Assembly (NCBI GenBank): GCA_963665775.2
Contig: CAXXTF010000002.1
Span: 1,280,001 to 1,344,000 of the forward strand
Length of the DNA stretch: 64,000 bases
Reading direction: 5' to 3'
Source of the DNA: Dehalococcoidia bacterium
Lineage (GTDB): Bacteria > Chloroflexota > Dehalococcoidia > SM23-28-2 > RBG-16-64-32
In this document: positions 1 through 8,936 of the stretch, one piece after another
Position numbering within the stretch: the first letter of the stretch is position 1
Layout of the letters: every line of letters begins with the position of its first letter
Notes under the pieces: model-generated
Seen by the model: only the letters and a program-made list of their open reading frames with translations
The model's database searches: none
Told to the model about the DNA's origin: nothing
Made by a program: the position numbers and the translations under genes

Positions 1-1
1 A

Positions 2-2338
2 GGGCGGATCGTCGCCGGTTTCGGGCTGCTGGTCATCATCCTCGCCGCCGGCGCGGCCGGCTCCGCTTGGCAGGCGCGGGCGCACCAGTCTGACCTGGCG
101 GACATGGAGGAGCACGCCGCCTCGGCAACGGCGCTCCGCGACGGGAAGTCGAGTGGACTGGTGGCGCTGCTAACGCTTCAGTATTACGCCATCTCTGGCG
201 ACGATACGGTAATTCCACTGATCCAGGAGAACCTGGCTACGATCGAAGAGAGCCTGACAGAGGCCCACGTTAATGAGGAGATCGCAAGCCTCGACGAGAT
301 CACGGCTAGGGCCGCATCCCTATCCAAGATCGCCGAACTGGTGATCGCCCTGCGGCAGAGCGGCGATGCGGAGGGCGCGACGGCGGTCCTGGGCGCGGCG
401 GTGCCTTCGCTTGAAGAGACTAGGCTTGAGATTAACCGCGCCATCGAATTCGAGCGCCAGGAGGTGGCGGCCCTGCGCGGCCGGGCCGATCGGGCGGGCG
501 ACATAGCCTTCTGGTTTGCGGTCATCGGAGGCTCAGCGGGCGCTGTCCTGGCGCTGGCCGTAGCGGCCCTCATCGCCCGCTCCATCCTGCGGCCGCTATC
601 CTCGCTGGAGTCGGCCGCCATGGCTGTGGCTGGGGGTGAGCTGGAGATGCGGGCACCTATTCAGGGGCCGCGGGAGCTAGCCTCCCTGGGCGCCTCCCTC
701 AACCAGATGACGGAATCGCTGCTGGACGCCTCAAAGCGGCGGGAGCTGGAAGAGGGGCGCGAGCAGGCGGAGGAGATGTTCAAGACGCTAGCCAACAGCT
801 CACCGATTGGCATCTTTGTCGCGCAGGACGGCAAATTTCAGTTCGTTAACCCCCAGTTCCAGACTCATACGGGCTACAGCGAAGATGAATTGCTGGATAC
901 GGAATGTTTGAAGCTTGTCCTTCCCGAGGATCGACGTACTGTCAGGGAAAACGCGATAAAGATGTTGAAGGGCGAAGGCTCCTCCCCGTACGAATATAGG
1001 GTGAGCACCAAAGGCGAGGAGACCATATGGATTATGGAGAAGGTAGCTTCCATCCATTACCAAGGGAGAATAGCGACGCTCGGATACTATATGGACATTA
1101 GCGAGCGCAAGCGGACGGATGAGGAGTTGCGGCGGCTGAATCAGGAGCTGGAGGAGGATCAGCAAGACATCGAGAAGCTCAACCGCTCCCTGGCGCGGAG
1201 GGTGCGGCAGCGGACGGAGGAGCTACGGCTGGCCAACAAGGAGCTGCGTGACCGCAACCGCCAGCTCCTGGACGCCCGCGCCCAGGCTGCCACGGACTCC
1301 CTGACCGGCCTGCCTAACCATCGCGCCTTCCAACAGCAGCTCAGGGATGAGGTCTCCCAGGCGGAGAAGAACGGCGCCACGGTGGGCCTCATCATGCTTG
1401 ACATCGACGGCTTCAAAGGAATCAACGACTCAAAGGGCCACCGGGCCGGCGATGAGATTCTCCGCGAACTCGCGTCTACCATCGCCGACGGAGTGAACCC
1501 GGGGAAGGCGTACCGGTATGGGGGAGACGAGTTCGCCGTGTTGCTGCCCCGGGCGGACCGCAGGAAGGCCGCCGCGATCGCGGAGCGGCTGCGCAGGGCT
1601 GTGCTGAAACGGACGAATGGCGACGGCGACAAGATCACGATCAGCCTGGGCGTGGCCTCGTTCCCGGACTTAGCGGGATCGGCGGAGCAGCTTATTTACG
1701 GGGCAGACGCGGCGATGTACTGGGCGAAATCCCGCGGCAAGAACCGGGTCTGCGACTGGGCTGAGCTGCTCACGCGGAACACAGAAGGAACCGCCCCCTG
1801 GTACGTATCGAAGCGCAATTTCAAGACCATCGACGCCGCTAGCGCCCTGGTTGCCGCCCTGGCAGCCAAAGACCCAACAACCGGCGCGCATGTGGAACGC
1901 TGCTCCTGGTACGCCCTCATGCTGGCAGGGGAACTCGGACTGACGGAAAAAGAGACGTCGATTGCGCGTCTCGCCTCGCTCCTCCATGACGTCGGCAAGA
2001 TCGCTGTGCCTGACGAGGTGCTAGGCAAGCCCGGCCCTCTCAACGAAGAGGAGTGGGACCAGATGAAGCAACATCCCACCGCTGCCCTGCACGTGCTGAG
2101 CCAGATACACGCGATCACCGATGCCACCCCAGCGATCCTCCATCATCACGAGCGCTTCGACGGGTCAGGGTACCCGGATGGCCTGGCCGGAGAAGAGATC
2201 CCCGTGGTCTCCCGCATCCTGCTGGTCACGGACGCCTTCGATGCCATGACCATGGACCGCCCCTACCGGAAGGCGCTGTCCATCGAAGCCGCCATCGAGG
2301 AGCTGGAGGCCAACAGCAGCAGCCAGTTCGACCGGTGA
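2..2338 (+). CDS. Membrane HAMP-PAS-GGDEF-HD-GYP c-di-GMP signalling protein (5' end outside window; apparent 1-bp frameshift near C-terminus)
   Basis: Frame is open from position 2 (GRIVAGFGLLVIILAAG = TM1). Second TM plus HAMP (ILRPLSSLE...GPRELASL), PAS (SPIGIFVAQDGKFQFVNP), TDSLTGLPNHR...RYGGDEF, and HD-GYP (LHDVGK, HHERFDGSGYPDGL). Ends SQFDR* where SQFDPVIVAAFLKAL continues in another frame. Confidence 0.9.
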   Translation, partial: GRIVAGFGLLVIILAAGAAGSAWQARAHQSDLADMEEHAASATALRDGKSSGLVALLTLQYYAISGDDTVIPLIQENLATIEESLTEAHVNEEIASLDEITARAASLSKIAELVIALRQSGDAEGATAVLGAAVPSLEETRLEINRAIEFERQEVAALRGRADRAGDIAFWFAVIGGSAGAVLALAVAALIARSILRPLSSLESAAMAVAGGELEMRAPIQGPRELASLGASLNQMTESLLDASKRRELEEGREQAEEMFKTLANSSPIGIFVAQDGKFQFVNPQFQTHTGYSEDELLDTECLKLVLPEDRRTVRENAIKMLKGEGSSPYEYRVSTKGEETIWIMEKVASIHYQGRIATLGYYMDISERKRTDEELRRLNQELEEDQQDIEKLNRSLARRVRQRTEELRLANKELRDRNRQLLDARAQAATDSLTGLPNHRAFQQQLRDEVSQAEKNGATVGLIMLDIDGFKGINDSKGHRAGDEILRELASTIADGVNPGKAYRYGGDEFAVLLPRADRRKAAAIAERLRRAVLKRTNGDGDKITISLGVASFPDLAGSAEQLIYGADAAMYWAKSRGKNRVCDWAELLTRNTEGTAPWYVSKRNFKTIDAASALVAALAAKDPTTGAHVERCSWYALMLAGELGLTEKETSIARLASLLHDVGKIAVPDEVLGKPGPLNEEEWDQMKQHPTAALHVLSQIHAITDATPAILHHHERFDGSGYPDGLAGEEIPVVSRILLVTDAFDAMTMDRPYRKALSIEAAIEELEANSSSQFDR

Positions 2339-2422
2339 TCGTGGCGGCGTTCCTGAAGGCGCTATCGCGCCACGGGGCCCAGCCCCTTGGTCGCACGGCG
2401 GCATCCCTACGAGACCTGCAGG

Positions 2423-2632
2423 CGGCAGGGCCGCGTAGCGGCGGCTCTGGTCAGGTTAGCCAAACAACCGCGACCAAGACGGTCGGTTAAGCTCAGCGGC
2501 GCCGTCTATCGTTTGAGAGCGGGCCCCTACCGTATTATCTAGGCCGTCTTCGACGGCGATGAACTCGTCCTCGTGGGGGAGATCGCCCGCTGGGGGAAGG
2601 ACACCTACGAACGGCTGGAGGAGCTATTCTAA
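2423..2632 (+). pseudogene. RelE/ParE-family toxin remnant (no start codon, internal TAG at 2540-2542)
   Basis: Manual translation: RQGRVAAALVRLAKQPRPRRSVKLSGAVYRLRAGPYRII*AVFDGDELVLVGEIARWGKDTYERLEELF*. Matches the RelE pattern LaxnPRPxgxxKLxGxxYRLRvGdYRIIY. Confidence 0.75.
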
Positions 2633-2641
2633 TGCCCCGCC

Positions 2642-2650
2642 TGCTATACT
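2642..2650 (+). promoter_or_regulatory. Extended -10 promoter element for the ABM gene
   Basis: TGcTATACT upstream of the AAGGAGG SD and the ATG at 2684. Confidence 0.5.
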
Positions 2651-2683
2651 CTTCCCGAGATCGTACCGGCTCAAGGAGGTCCC

Positions 2684-2998
2684 ATGATCACCGTTCTGGC
2701 CCACCTCAGGCTATACCCCGGCAGGGAGGGCGAAGCCGACCAAGCATTCCTAGAGATGGCCGCCGCCGTGGAGGCCAATGAGCCCGGCGCCTGGATATAC
2801 ACCATGCACCGTTCGCACGATGACCCCTTAGATGTCTACGTCTACGAAGTCTACGAGGACGAAGAGGCGTTCGAGCTTCACATCAACACCTCCCACATTG
2901 AGAAGCTGCGGACCACGCTGGCCGACGTCGCCGATCCCACCTTCTCCAGCATCAGGGTGCTGGAGCCGGTCGCCGGATTCGCGCGGCCGGCCCCCTAA
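2684..2998 (+). CDS. Antibiotic biosynthesis monooxygenase (ABM)/putative quinol monooxygenase family protein
   Basis: 104 aa with EPGAWIYTMHRS...YEVYEDEEAFELHINTSH pattern; strong SD. Confidence 0.85.
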   Translation: MITVLAHLRLYPGREGEADQAFLEMAAAVEANEPGAWIYTMHRSHDDPLDVYVYEVYEDEEAFELHINTSHIEKLRTTLADVADPTFSSIRVLEPVAGFARPAP

Positions 2999-3006
2999 CG
3001 TTCCGC

Positions 3007-3708
3007 CTACTGCACCTCCACACCAAGCGTCTGTCCCAGCCCCTCAGCAAACTCCCGCCACTCCTCAGAATCGGCCCAGCCCTCGTACCCCTCGTAGCCA
3101 GCCACCGCCAGCCGCTCCTCCTCCGGCCCGACGATCGCCCACACGGTGAACCGCTCCAGCGGGCCCTCCACCTCATAGCCCAGCTCCAACCGTCGCACCT
3201 CGACCAGCGATATCTGGCGACGCGACTTGCCGAAGAAGCGCTTCGACCTCGTCTCCACGATCTCGCCCGTGGCCTTATCCAGCACCACCTCCGTTCGGCC
3301 GGATCGATGCGCCAGCCGACCCATCTCGTCGCGCCCGGGGACGTTTCCCGACCGCCGCCCACCGGGTGCCCCCTCCTCCACCACCTCCAGGCCATACGTC
3401 TCGGCCACGGCCGCCGCCAGATCCTGAGCGCATTGCCGCTCGTTCTCGTTGATCGTGAGGTCGCCGCCACCCTCGTAGGCGAAGACGACCCGAGACAGCC
3501 GGCTGGACATCGCCTGGCCGGTGGCCGACTGCATGGGCGCCTGCGACCAGCGATGCCAGGTGACGGAGCGCACCGGTCGCAACCGCTCGGCGGCGTCCGG
3601 CTCTTCCTCCCAGCCCTTGCGGCGCCGTTGGTAGTGGCGCAACTCCCTGATAGCCGGGTCCCAGACCCAGCCGCCACACAGAAAATCGCTATCGTTAGGG
3701 GCTGCCAT
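3007..3708 (-). CDS. Hypothetical protein, probably leaderless
   Basis: 233-aa ORF with coding-like composition; TGcTATACT lies 7 nt upstream of the ATG. Confidence 0.7.
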   Translation of the reverse strand: MAAPNDSDFLCGGWVWDPAIRELRHYQRRRKGWEEEPDAAERLRPVRSVTWHRWSQAPMQSATGQAMSSRLSRVVFAYEGGGDLTINENERQCAQDLAAAVAETYGLEVVEEGAPGGRRSGNVPGRDEMGRLAHRSGRTEVVLDKATGEIVETRSKRFFGKSRRQISLVEVRRLELGYEVEGPLERFTVWAIVGPEEERLAVAGYEGYEGWADSEEWREFAEGLGQTLGVEVQ

Positions 3709-3808
3709 GAGGCGCAGTATAGCAGACGAGGGCCCTGTCAGGGACAGCCCCCCGGACGGCCGCTATCACGGCCAGCCCGCTTGGGCTACACTAGCTCTGG
3801 AGCAGCCG

Positions 3809-4051
3809 ATGTTTCATGAGCCTGAGAAGCCACCGCCCTGGTGGCTGGAAACGTTCGTCCTGACGCGGGCGGTGTTTGGCGTGCTGATGTGGCCGCTGCT
3901 GGCCATCGTAGGCATCATCATCATCATCGCAGGGTTATTCATCGCCTTCAACGTTCATTGGGGATTGGGACTGCTGGGCTTGGCCCTCATCACCGCCGCC
4001 ATCTTCGCCTTCGCCCGCTGGGAGAAGAGCCGCAACCCACCGCTAGAGTAA
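3809..4051 (+). CDS. Small membrane protein with two TM helices
   Basis: GGAG SD then ATG at 3809; two hydrophobic segments. Confidence 0.7.
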   Translation: MFHEPEKPPPWWLETFVLTRAVFGVLMWPLLAIVGIIIIIAGLFIAFNVHWGLGLLGLALITAAIFAFARWEKSRNPPLE

Positions 4052-4127
4052 CGTTACGATTCTTCGCCGGCATCGGCTGAGACCCGTCCGCCAGATTATA
4101 CCAGCGGGCCGCGCTATACTGGGCCCG

Positions 4128-4817
4128 ATGAGAGGCGACAGCATCGGGGAGCGGCTGCAGGAGGTGCGCTGCCGCGTAGACGGAGCCTGCCGGCGCAGCG
4201 GCCGTGCGCCGGAGGAGGTCACGCTCGTGGCCGTGACCAAGGGGTTCCCGCTGGAGACGATCCGCGAGGCGGCCGCGGCCGGCCTTCGGCACCTGGGCGA
4301 GAACCGGGTGCAGGAGGCGGAAGCGAAGCGCATTGCCCTCGCCGACTTGCCGCCGGACGTCATCTGGCACATGGTGGGCCACCTCCAAACTAACAAGGTC
4401 AAGACCGCCCTGGACCTGTTTGATATAATCCAATCCGTGGACTCCATCCGCCTGGCTAAAGCCCTCTCCAGACGAGCGTCCGGACCGGTGCCCGTCTTCC
4501 TGGAAGTGAACGTCGCCGGAGAATCCACGAAGTACGGCTTCTCCCCGGAAGCGCTCCCCCGGGCCGGCCAGGCCATCGCCTGCCTGCCCAACCTGGACCT
4601 GAGGGGGCTCATGACGGTGGCCCCACCAGTAGCGAACCCGGAGGCGGACCCGGAGGAAACGCGACCCGTGTTCCGTCGGCTGCGGGAGATGGCCCACTCG
4701 CTGGGCCTGCCGGAGCTGTCCATGGGCATGACAGGCGACTTCGAGGTGGCCATCGAGGAGGGAGCCACCCACGTGCGCATCGGCCGCGCCATCTTCGGGA
4801 AGCGGGAGCAAGCATGA
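4128..4817 (+). CDS. yggS: PLP homeostasis protein YggS
   Basis: LVAVTK, GENRVQE, WHMVGHLQTNKVK, LSMGMTGDFEVAIEEGATHVRIGRAIFG. Confidence 0.95.
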   Translation: MRGDSIGERLQEVRCRVDGACRRSGRAPEEVTLVAVTKGFPLETIREAAAAGLRHLGENRVQEAEAKRIALADLPPDVIWHMVGHLQTNKVKTALDLFDIIQSVDSIRLAKALSRRASGPVPVFLEVNVAGESTKYGFSPEALPRAGQAIACLPNLDLRGLMTVAPPVANPEADPEETRPVFRRLREMAHSLGLPELSMGMTGDFEVAIEEGATHVRIGRAIFGKREQA

Positions 4818-5629
4818 AACTCGGCTTCATCGGCGGCGGCGTTATGGGCGAGGCGATCCTCGCCGGCGCCCTCGACAAAGGGGTGACTCGCCCTGAAGAG
4901 ATCGCGGTATGCGACATCGTGCCTGCCCGCCGCGACCACCTGCGCGACACCTACGGCATCCGCGTCACCGACAGCATCGCCGAGGCCACCGCCGGGGCAG
5001 ACGTTGCCGTGCTGGCTGTGAAGCCTCAAGAGTTCGTCGCCGCCGCCCAGGCGCTGGCGGGCAAGATCGAGACCGGCCAGACGGTTATGTCAATCATGGC
5101 CGGCATCCCCATCGCCACTATCCGAGACGCCCTGCAACACCAGGCTCTGGTGCGGGCCATTCCGAACACCCCGGCCCAGATCGGCGAGGGGGTAACCGTC
5201 TGGACCGCCACCGAGGCCGTCCCCGAGGCCTCCCGCCAGGCGGTACGTAACGTGCTGGCCGTCCTGGGCCTGGAACTCTACGTGACGGACGAGAAGTACG
5301 TGGACATGGCGACGGCGGTCAGCTCCAGTGGACCGGCCTACGTCTTCCTGGTCATGGAGGCTCTCACGGACGCCGCCGTGCACATCGGCCTGCGACGGGA
5401 GATGGCCGAGGCGATGGTGATCCAGACAATCCTGGGCTCCGCCCGGTACGCACAGGCCAGCGGACGGCATCCGGCGGAGCTCCGCAACCAGGTCACGTCA
5501 CCCGGCGGCACCACTACAGAGGGGCTGCTGGCCCTGGAGAACGCCGGCCTGCGGGCCGCCTTCAGCCAGGCCGTGAAGGCGGCCTACGATAAGGCGAAGC
5601 GCCTGGGAAGGTCGCCATCGAAATCATAG
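4814..5629 (+). CDS. proC: Pyrroline-5-carboxylate reductase
   Basis: GFIGGGVMG, LAVKPQ, PNTPA, SSSGPAY, VTSPGGTT; yggS-proC-yggT synteny. Confidence 0.95.
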   Translation: MKLGFIGGGVMGEAILAGALDKGVTRPEEIAVCDIVPARRDHLRDTYGIRVTDSIAEATAGADVAVLAVKPQEFVAAAQALAGKIETGQTVMSIMAGIPIATIRDALQHQALVRAIPNTPAQIGEGVTVWTATEAVPEASRQAVRNVLAVLGLELYVTDEKYVDMATAVSSSGPAYVFLVMEALTDAAVHIGLRREMAEAMVIQTILGSARYAQASGRHPAELRNQVTSPGGTTTEGLLALENAGLRAAFSQAVKAAYDKAKRLGRSPSKS

Positions 5630-5658
5630 CTCAGTTCGTCCAAGTCCTGGCCTACATC

Positions 5659-5865
5659 ATGCTCGCGGCCATCTTCCTACGGGTCATCTTCTCGTGGATC
5701 AATTTCGACCCCAGGAACTCGATCTACCAGATCATCTACGAGATCACGGAGCCGCTCCTCGGACCCATCCGCCGGATCATGCCCCGCCTGGGCATGATAG
5801 ACCTCGCCCCCATGGTGGCCATTTTCGTCCTCTTCATCATCATACGGCTGGTACAGAGCGCCTGA
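5659..5865 (+). CDS. yggT: YggT family membrane protein (frame may begin at ATC 5617)
   Basis: RVIFSW...ITEPLLGPIRRIMPRLGMIDLAPMVA. Confidence 0.9.
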   Translation: MLAAIFLRVIFSWINFDPRNSIYQIIYEITEPLLGPIRRIMPRLGMIDLAPMVAIFVLFIIIRLVQSA

Positions 5866-5912
5866 TATGACGACCAGCCAAGCCAGGACGGTACTGTAGC
5901 GCCACTTGCCCG

Positions 5913-5941
5913 TTGTGACGGTATGCGGCCCGTGCTATGAT
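5913..5941 (+). promoter_or_regulatory. Sigma70/A-type promoter of recA
   Basis: TTGTGA-N17-TATGAT with a TGn extension. Confidence 0.55.
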
Positions 5942-5978
5942 GCCGTCGGCTTGAGGGCATCGGGCTGAAGAGGAAGCG

Positions 5979-7043
5979 ATGAGCAAACCCAGCGACGGCA
6001 TGGAGGAGCGGCTACAAGCCCTCGATTTGGCCATCAGCCAGATCGAGAAGCAGTTCGGCCGCGGCTCCATAATGCGCCTGGGCGAAGCGTCCGCCCGCTT
6101 GGCCGTGGAGGCGATACCCACCGGCTCCCTGGCCCTGGACCTGGCCCTGGGCATCGGCGGCGTCCCCCGCGCTCGGATCACGGAGATCTTCGGGCCGGAG
6201 ATGGCCGGCAAGTCGACCCTGGCGATGCATGTCATCGCTCAGGCCCAGAAGCAGACAGGGCTGGCCGCCTACGTGGACGTGGAGCACGCCCTGGACCCCT
6301 CCTTCGCCAGCGCCATCGGCATAAACGTGGCCGACCTGCTGATCTCCCAGCCGGACACCGGTGAGCAGGCCCTGGAGATCTGCGAGGCGCTGGTCCGCTC
6401 CAACGCCGTCGACGTCATCGCCGTAGACTCGGTGGCGGCCCTGGTCCCCCGCGCCGAGCTCGAGGGCGACATGGGAGATTCCCTGCCTGGCCTGCAAGCC
6501 CGCCTCATGTCCCAGGCCCTGCGCAAGCTGACCGGCTGCATCTCCCGCTCCCGCACAGCCGTCATCTTCATCAACCAGTTGCGGGAGAAGATCGGCATCG
6601 TCTTCGGCAACCCGGAGACCACCCCCGGCGGGCGGGCGCTCAAGTTCTACAGCTCCGTGCGTATCGACCTTCGCCGTGCCGAGACTCTCAAACAGGGCAG
6701 CACCGTCATCGGCAGCCGCGTTCGGGCCAAGGTGGTAAAGAACAAGGTAGCGCCCCCCTTCCGCACCGCCGAGTTCGAGATCATCTTCAGCGGGCCCCAG
6801 GTAGGCATTAGCCGCGAGAGCGATATCCTAGACCTGGCCGTAGAAGCCGAAATCATCAAGAAGCAGGGTTCCTTCTTCTCCTACGGCGAGCAGCGGCTGG
6901 GGCAGGGCCGCGAGCAAGCGAAGCAGTTCCTGCGCCAGGATCCGCAGCTTGCTCAGAAGCTAGAGGGGATCATCCGGGCCCGCGCCCAGGCGGCGTCAGC
7001 AGTGACCGCTCCCACGCCGGAGGAGACACCGGGCCCAGAGTAG
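5979..7043 (+). CDS. recA: Recombinase A
   Basis: [11 protein letters not shown], Walker [42 protein letters not shown]. Confidence 0.99.
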   Translation: MSKPSDGMEERLQALDLAISQIEKQFGRGSIMRLGEASARLAVEAIPTGSLALDLALGIGGVPRARITEIFGPEMAGKSTLAMHVIAQAQKQTGLAAYVDVEHALDPSFASAIGINVADLLISQPDTGEQALEICEALVRSNAVDVIAVDSVAALVPRAELEGDMGDSLPGLQARLMSQALRKLTGCISRSRTAVIFINQLREKIGIVFGNPETTPGGRALKFYSSVRIDLRRAETLKQGSTVIGSRVRAKVVKNKVAPPFRTAEFEIIFSGPQVGISRESDILDLAVEAEIIKKQGSFFSYGEQRLGQGREQAKQFLRQDPQLAQKLEGIIRARAQAASAVTAPTPEETPGPE

Positions 7044-7067
7044 TATTACCCGTTCCGGCCTCCGCCT

Positions 7068-8081
7068 ATGCTACGAGCGGTGCTAGTCAGCTGTACGGCC
7101 CTTCTTCTCCTGGCCGCCTGCACTACGCAAGAGACCGGTCCGACGCATGAGGCCAGCTCCACGCAGCAGACCAGTCCCTCCCCTACTACAGCGCCAACAG
7201 CTGACCCCTGCGCAGACCTGCCTGAGGCTGCTGCGCGCGAGGCGTGCCGGAGGGCAGCCCTGGGAGGCCCTGGCGAGGTGGTGCCCGGGTTCAGCGGACT
7301 CTTCCTCGACCCTAACGACAACGCCATCGTCTACGTCTACATGGCGGACTCCTCCCAGCAAGAGGCGGCGGAGGAGGCAGCCAGGATCATCCTGGGCCGC
7401 GAGCGTTTCGAGCAGGAGATTCGGGAGGTTCGGGTGCTCCAGGCCCAATACAGCATGAGGCAACTCAGCACATGGTATAACCTCATGCGGGACGCCGTGT
7501 GGTCGGTGGCAGAAGTCTCCTGGACTGACCTCAACGAAGGGAACAACCGGATAGAGATCCGCATGCTGCCAAGGCCTGGCGCACGGCAGGAGATGGAGGC
7601 GGCCCTCGCCCCGCTAAATATCCCGGAGAACGCCGTAGTCATCGAGGTCGGGTGCCCGGACGTCGGGCAGCAGTACGAGCCCCCTCCCTTCCAGCCCGAA
7701 GACCCCACCCTCCGCTCCATCCGTCTATGGGTTGAGGTTCCGGCCCAAGTCAAGGCTGGCCAGTCGGTGCCGCTTGTCCTAAGAGTAAAGAACGTGGGCG
7801 ACCGCCCCGTGACACTGCGATATGGCGAGGGGCACGACTTCGTGGTGACGCGACCCGACGGAGGGAAGGTCTGGCAGTGGGGATGTCAAAGAGGGGTCAT
7901 CACGCAATCGAAGCGTACAATGGAACTGGAGCCGGGCCAGGAATTCGCTTATGAGACAGTATGGATACAATGGGACAACGAAGGAGAACCGGTGCCGCCG
8001 GGTGAGTACCTTGTCTATGGCGTCTTCGATGTCTACCCAAACGTTCCCACGCCACCGCAGACCTTTACGATAGTCCAGTGA
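7068..8081 (+). CDS. Lipoprotein with C-terminal BsuPI (intracellular proteinase inhibitor)-like Ig domain
   Basis: Lipobox LLLAAC; Pro/Thr linker; C-terminus VKNVGDRPVTLRY..HDFVV..GGKVWQW..LEPGQ..W.QWDNEGEPVPPGEY. Confidence 0.7.
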   Translation: MLRAVLVSCTALLLLAACTTQETGPTHEASSTQQTSPSPTTAPTADPCADLPEAAAREACRRAALGGPGEVVPGFSGLFLDPNDNAIVYVYMADSSQQEAAEEAARIILGRERFEQEIREVRVLQAQYSMRQLSTWYNLMRDAVWSVAEVSWTDLNEGNNRIEIRMLPRPGARQEMEAALAPLNIPENAVVIEVGCPDVGQQYEPPPFQPEDPTLRSIRLWVEVPAQVKAGQSVPLVLRVKNVGDRPVTLRYGEGHDFVVTRPDGGKVWQWGCQRGVITQSKRTMELEPGQEFAYETVWIQWDNEGEPVPPGEYLVYGVFDVYPNVPTPPQTFTIVQ

Positions 8082-8740
8082 CAGACATGCGCATAACCGC
8101 CATCGAGCGGCAGCCCCACCGACGCCGGCTCAACATCCATCTGGACGGCCGCTTCGCCCTGGCCCTCAGCCCAGAGGTTCTGACCGACGCCGGACTCCAC
8201 CTCGGCGACTCCCTCACCGCGGCCGACCTGGATCGCCTGCGTGAGTCGGAAGCCCGCCACAGCGCCCTGGCATCAGCCCTGCGCCTCCTCTCCTACCGGC
8301 CCCGCAGCGAGGCAGAACTGCGACAGAGACTGGCCCGCCGGGGCGTACCGCCTCCCGTCATCGACGACACGATCGGCCACCTGCGCGAGCTGGGCCTGGC
8401 AGACGACGAGGCCTTCGCCCGCTCCTGGGTCGACAGTCGCCAACGGACCAGCCCCCGCAGTCGCCGGCTCCTCGCCATGGAGCTGGGCAGCAAGGGGGTG
8501 GCCCGCCAGATCGGGCTGGACTCCCTGAGCGCTGTGGACGAGGGCGACGCCGCCTACCGCGCTGCCGCTCGCCGCGCCGGCCCTCTGGCTTCCCTCCCCT
8601 ACACCGACTTTCGCCGCCGCCTGGGCGCCTTTCTCCTGCGTCGCGGCTTCGATTACGAGACGGTCCGTACCACGGTCGCACGTCTCTGGGAAGAGGCGGC
8701 CCAACCCCGGGCTGAGAGCCACGATGAGCGGAAATCCTGA
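8078..8740 (+). CDS. recX: Regulatory protein RecX
   Basis: ALRLLSYRPRSEAELRQRL, DDEAFARSW, FLLRRGFDY. Confidence 0.92.
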   Translation: MTDMRITAIERQPHRRRLNIHLDGRFALALSPEVLTDAGLHLGDSLTAADLDRLRESEARHSALASALRLLSYRPRSEAELRQRLARRGVPPPVIDDTIGHLRELGLADDEAFARSWVDSRQRTSPRSRRLLAMELGSKGVARQIGLDSLSAVDEGDAAYRAAARRAGPLASLPYTDFRRRLGAFLLRRGFDYETVRTTVARLWEEAAQPRAESHDERKS

Positions 8741-8830
8741 GATTCTGCTCAGCGTTCCCTCCCGTCAGAGGCGAGTATCTTGTGGCGTTGGCATAGACGC
8801 TATCTAATGGAAAGGACTCCTTCTTATTCC

Positions 8831-8860
8831 TTGACACCACAATTTGGTGCGCCGTATCAT
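8831..8860 (+). promoter_or_regulatory. Sigma70/A-type promoter of rny operon
   Basis: TTGACA-N18-TATCAT in an AT-rich intergenic region. Confidence 0.6.
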
Positions 8861-8936
8861 GGCAGTAGCTGTTCAGTGGTCAGATTACTGAAAAGATGTC
8901 TTTCACCCTATCTACAATCGCAGGAAGTGAGGCAAA

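Noticed and set aside
2336-2542. TGA at 2336 as selenocysteine, or TAG at 2540 as pyrrolysine/readthrough
   Set aside because: After the TGA the HD-GYP homology continues in a different frame. The TAG replaces a conserved Tyr in a fragment with no start codon.
5866-5978. LexA box upstream of recA
   Set aside because: No GAAC-N4-GTTC site seen.
6190-6220. RecA Walker A variant GPEMAGKST as a sign of altered function
   Set aside because: It still fits GxxxxGK[ST] and the rest of the protein is canonical.
8770-8850. NrdR-like boxes upstream of rny
   Set aside because: Only a partial match to the consensus, and the downstream genes are not nucleotide-reduction genes.
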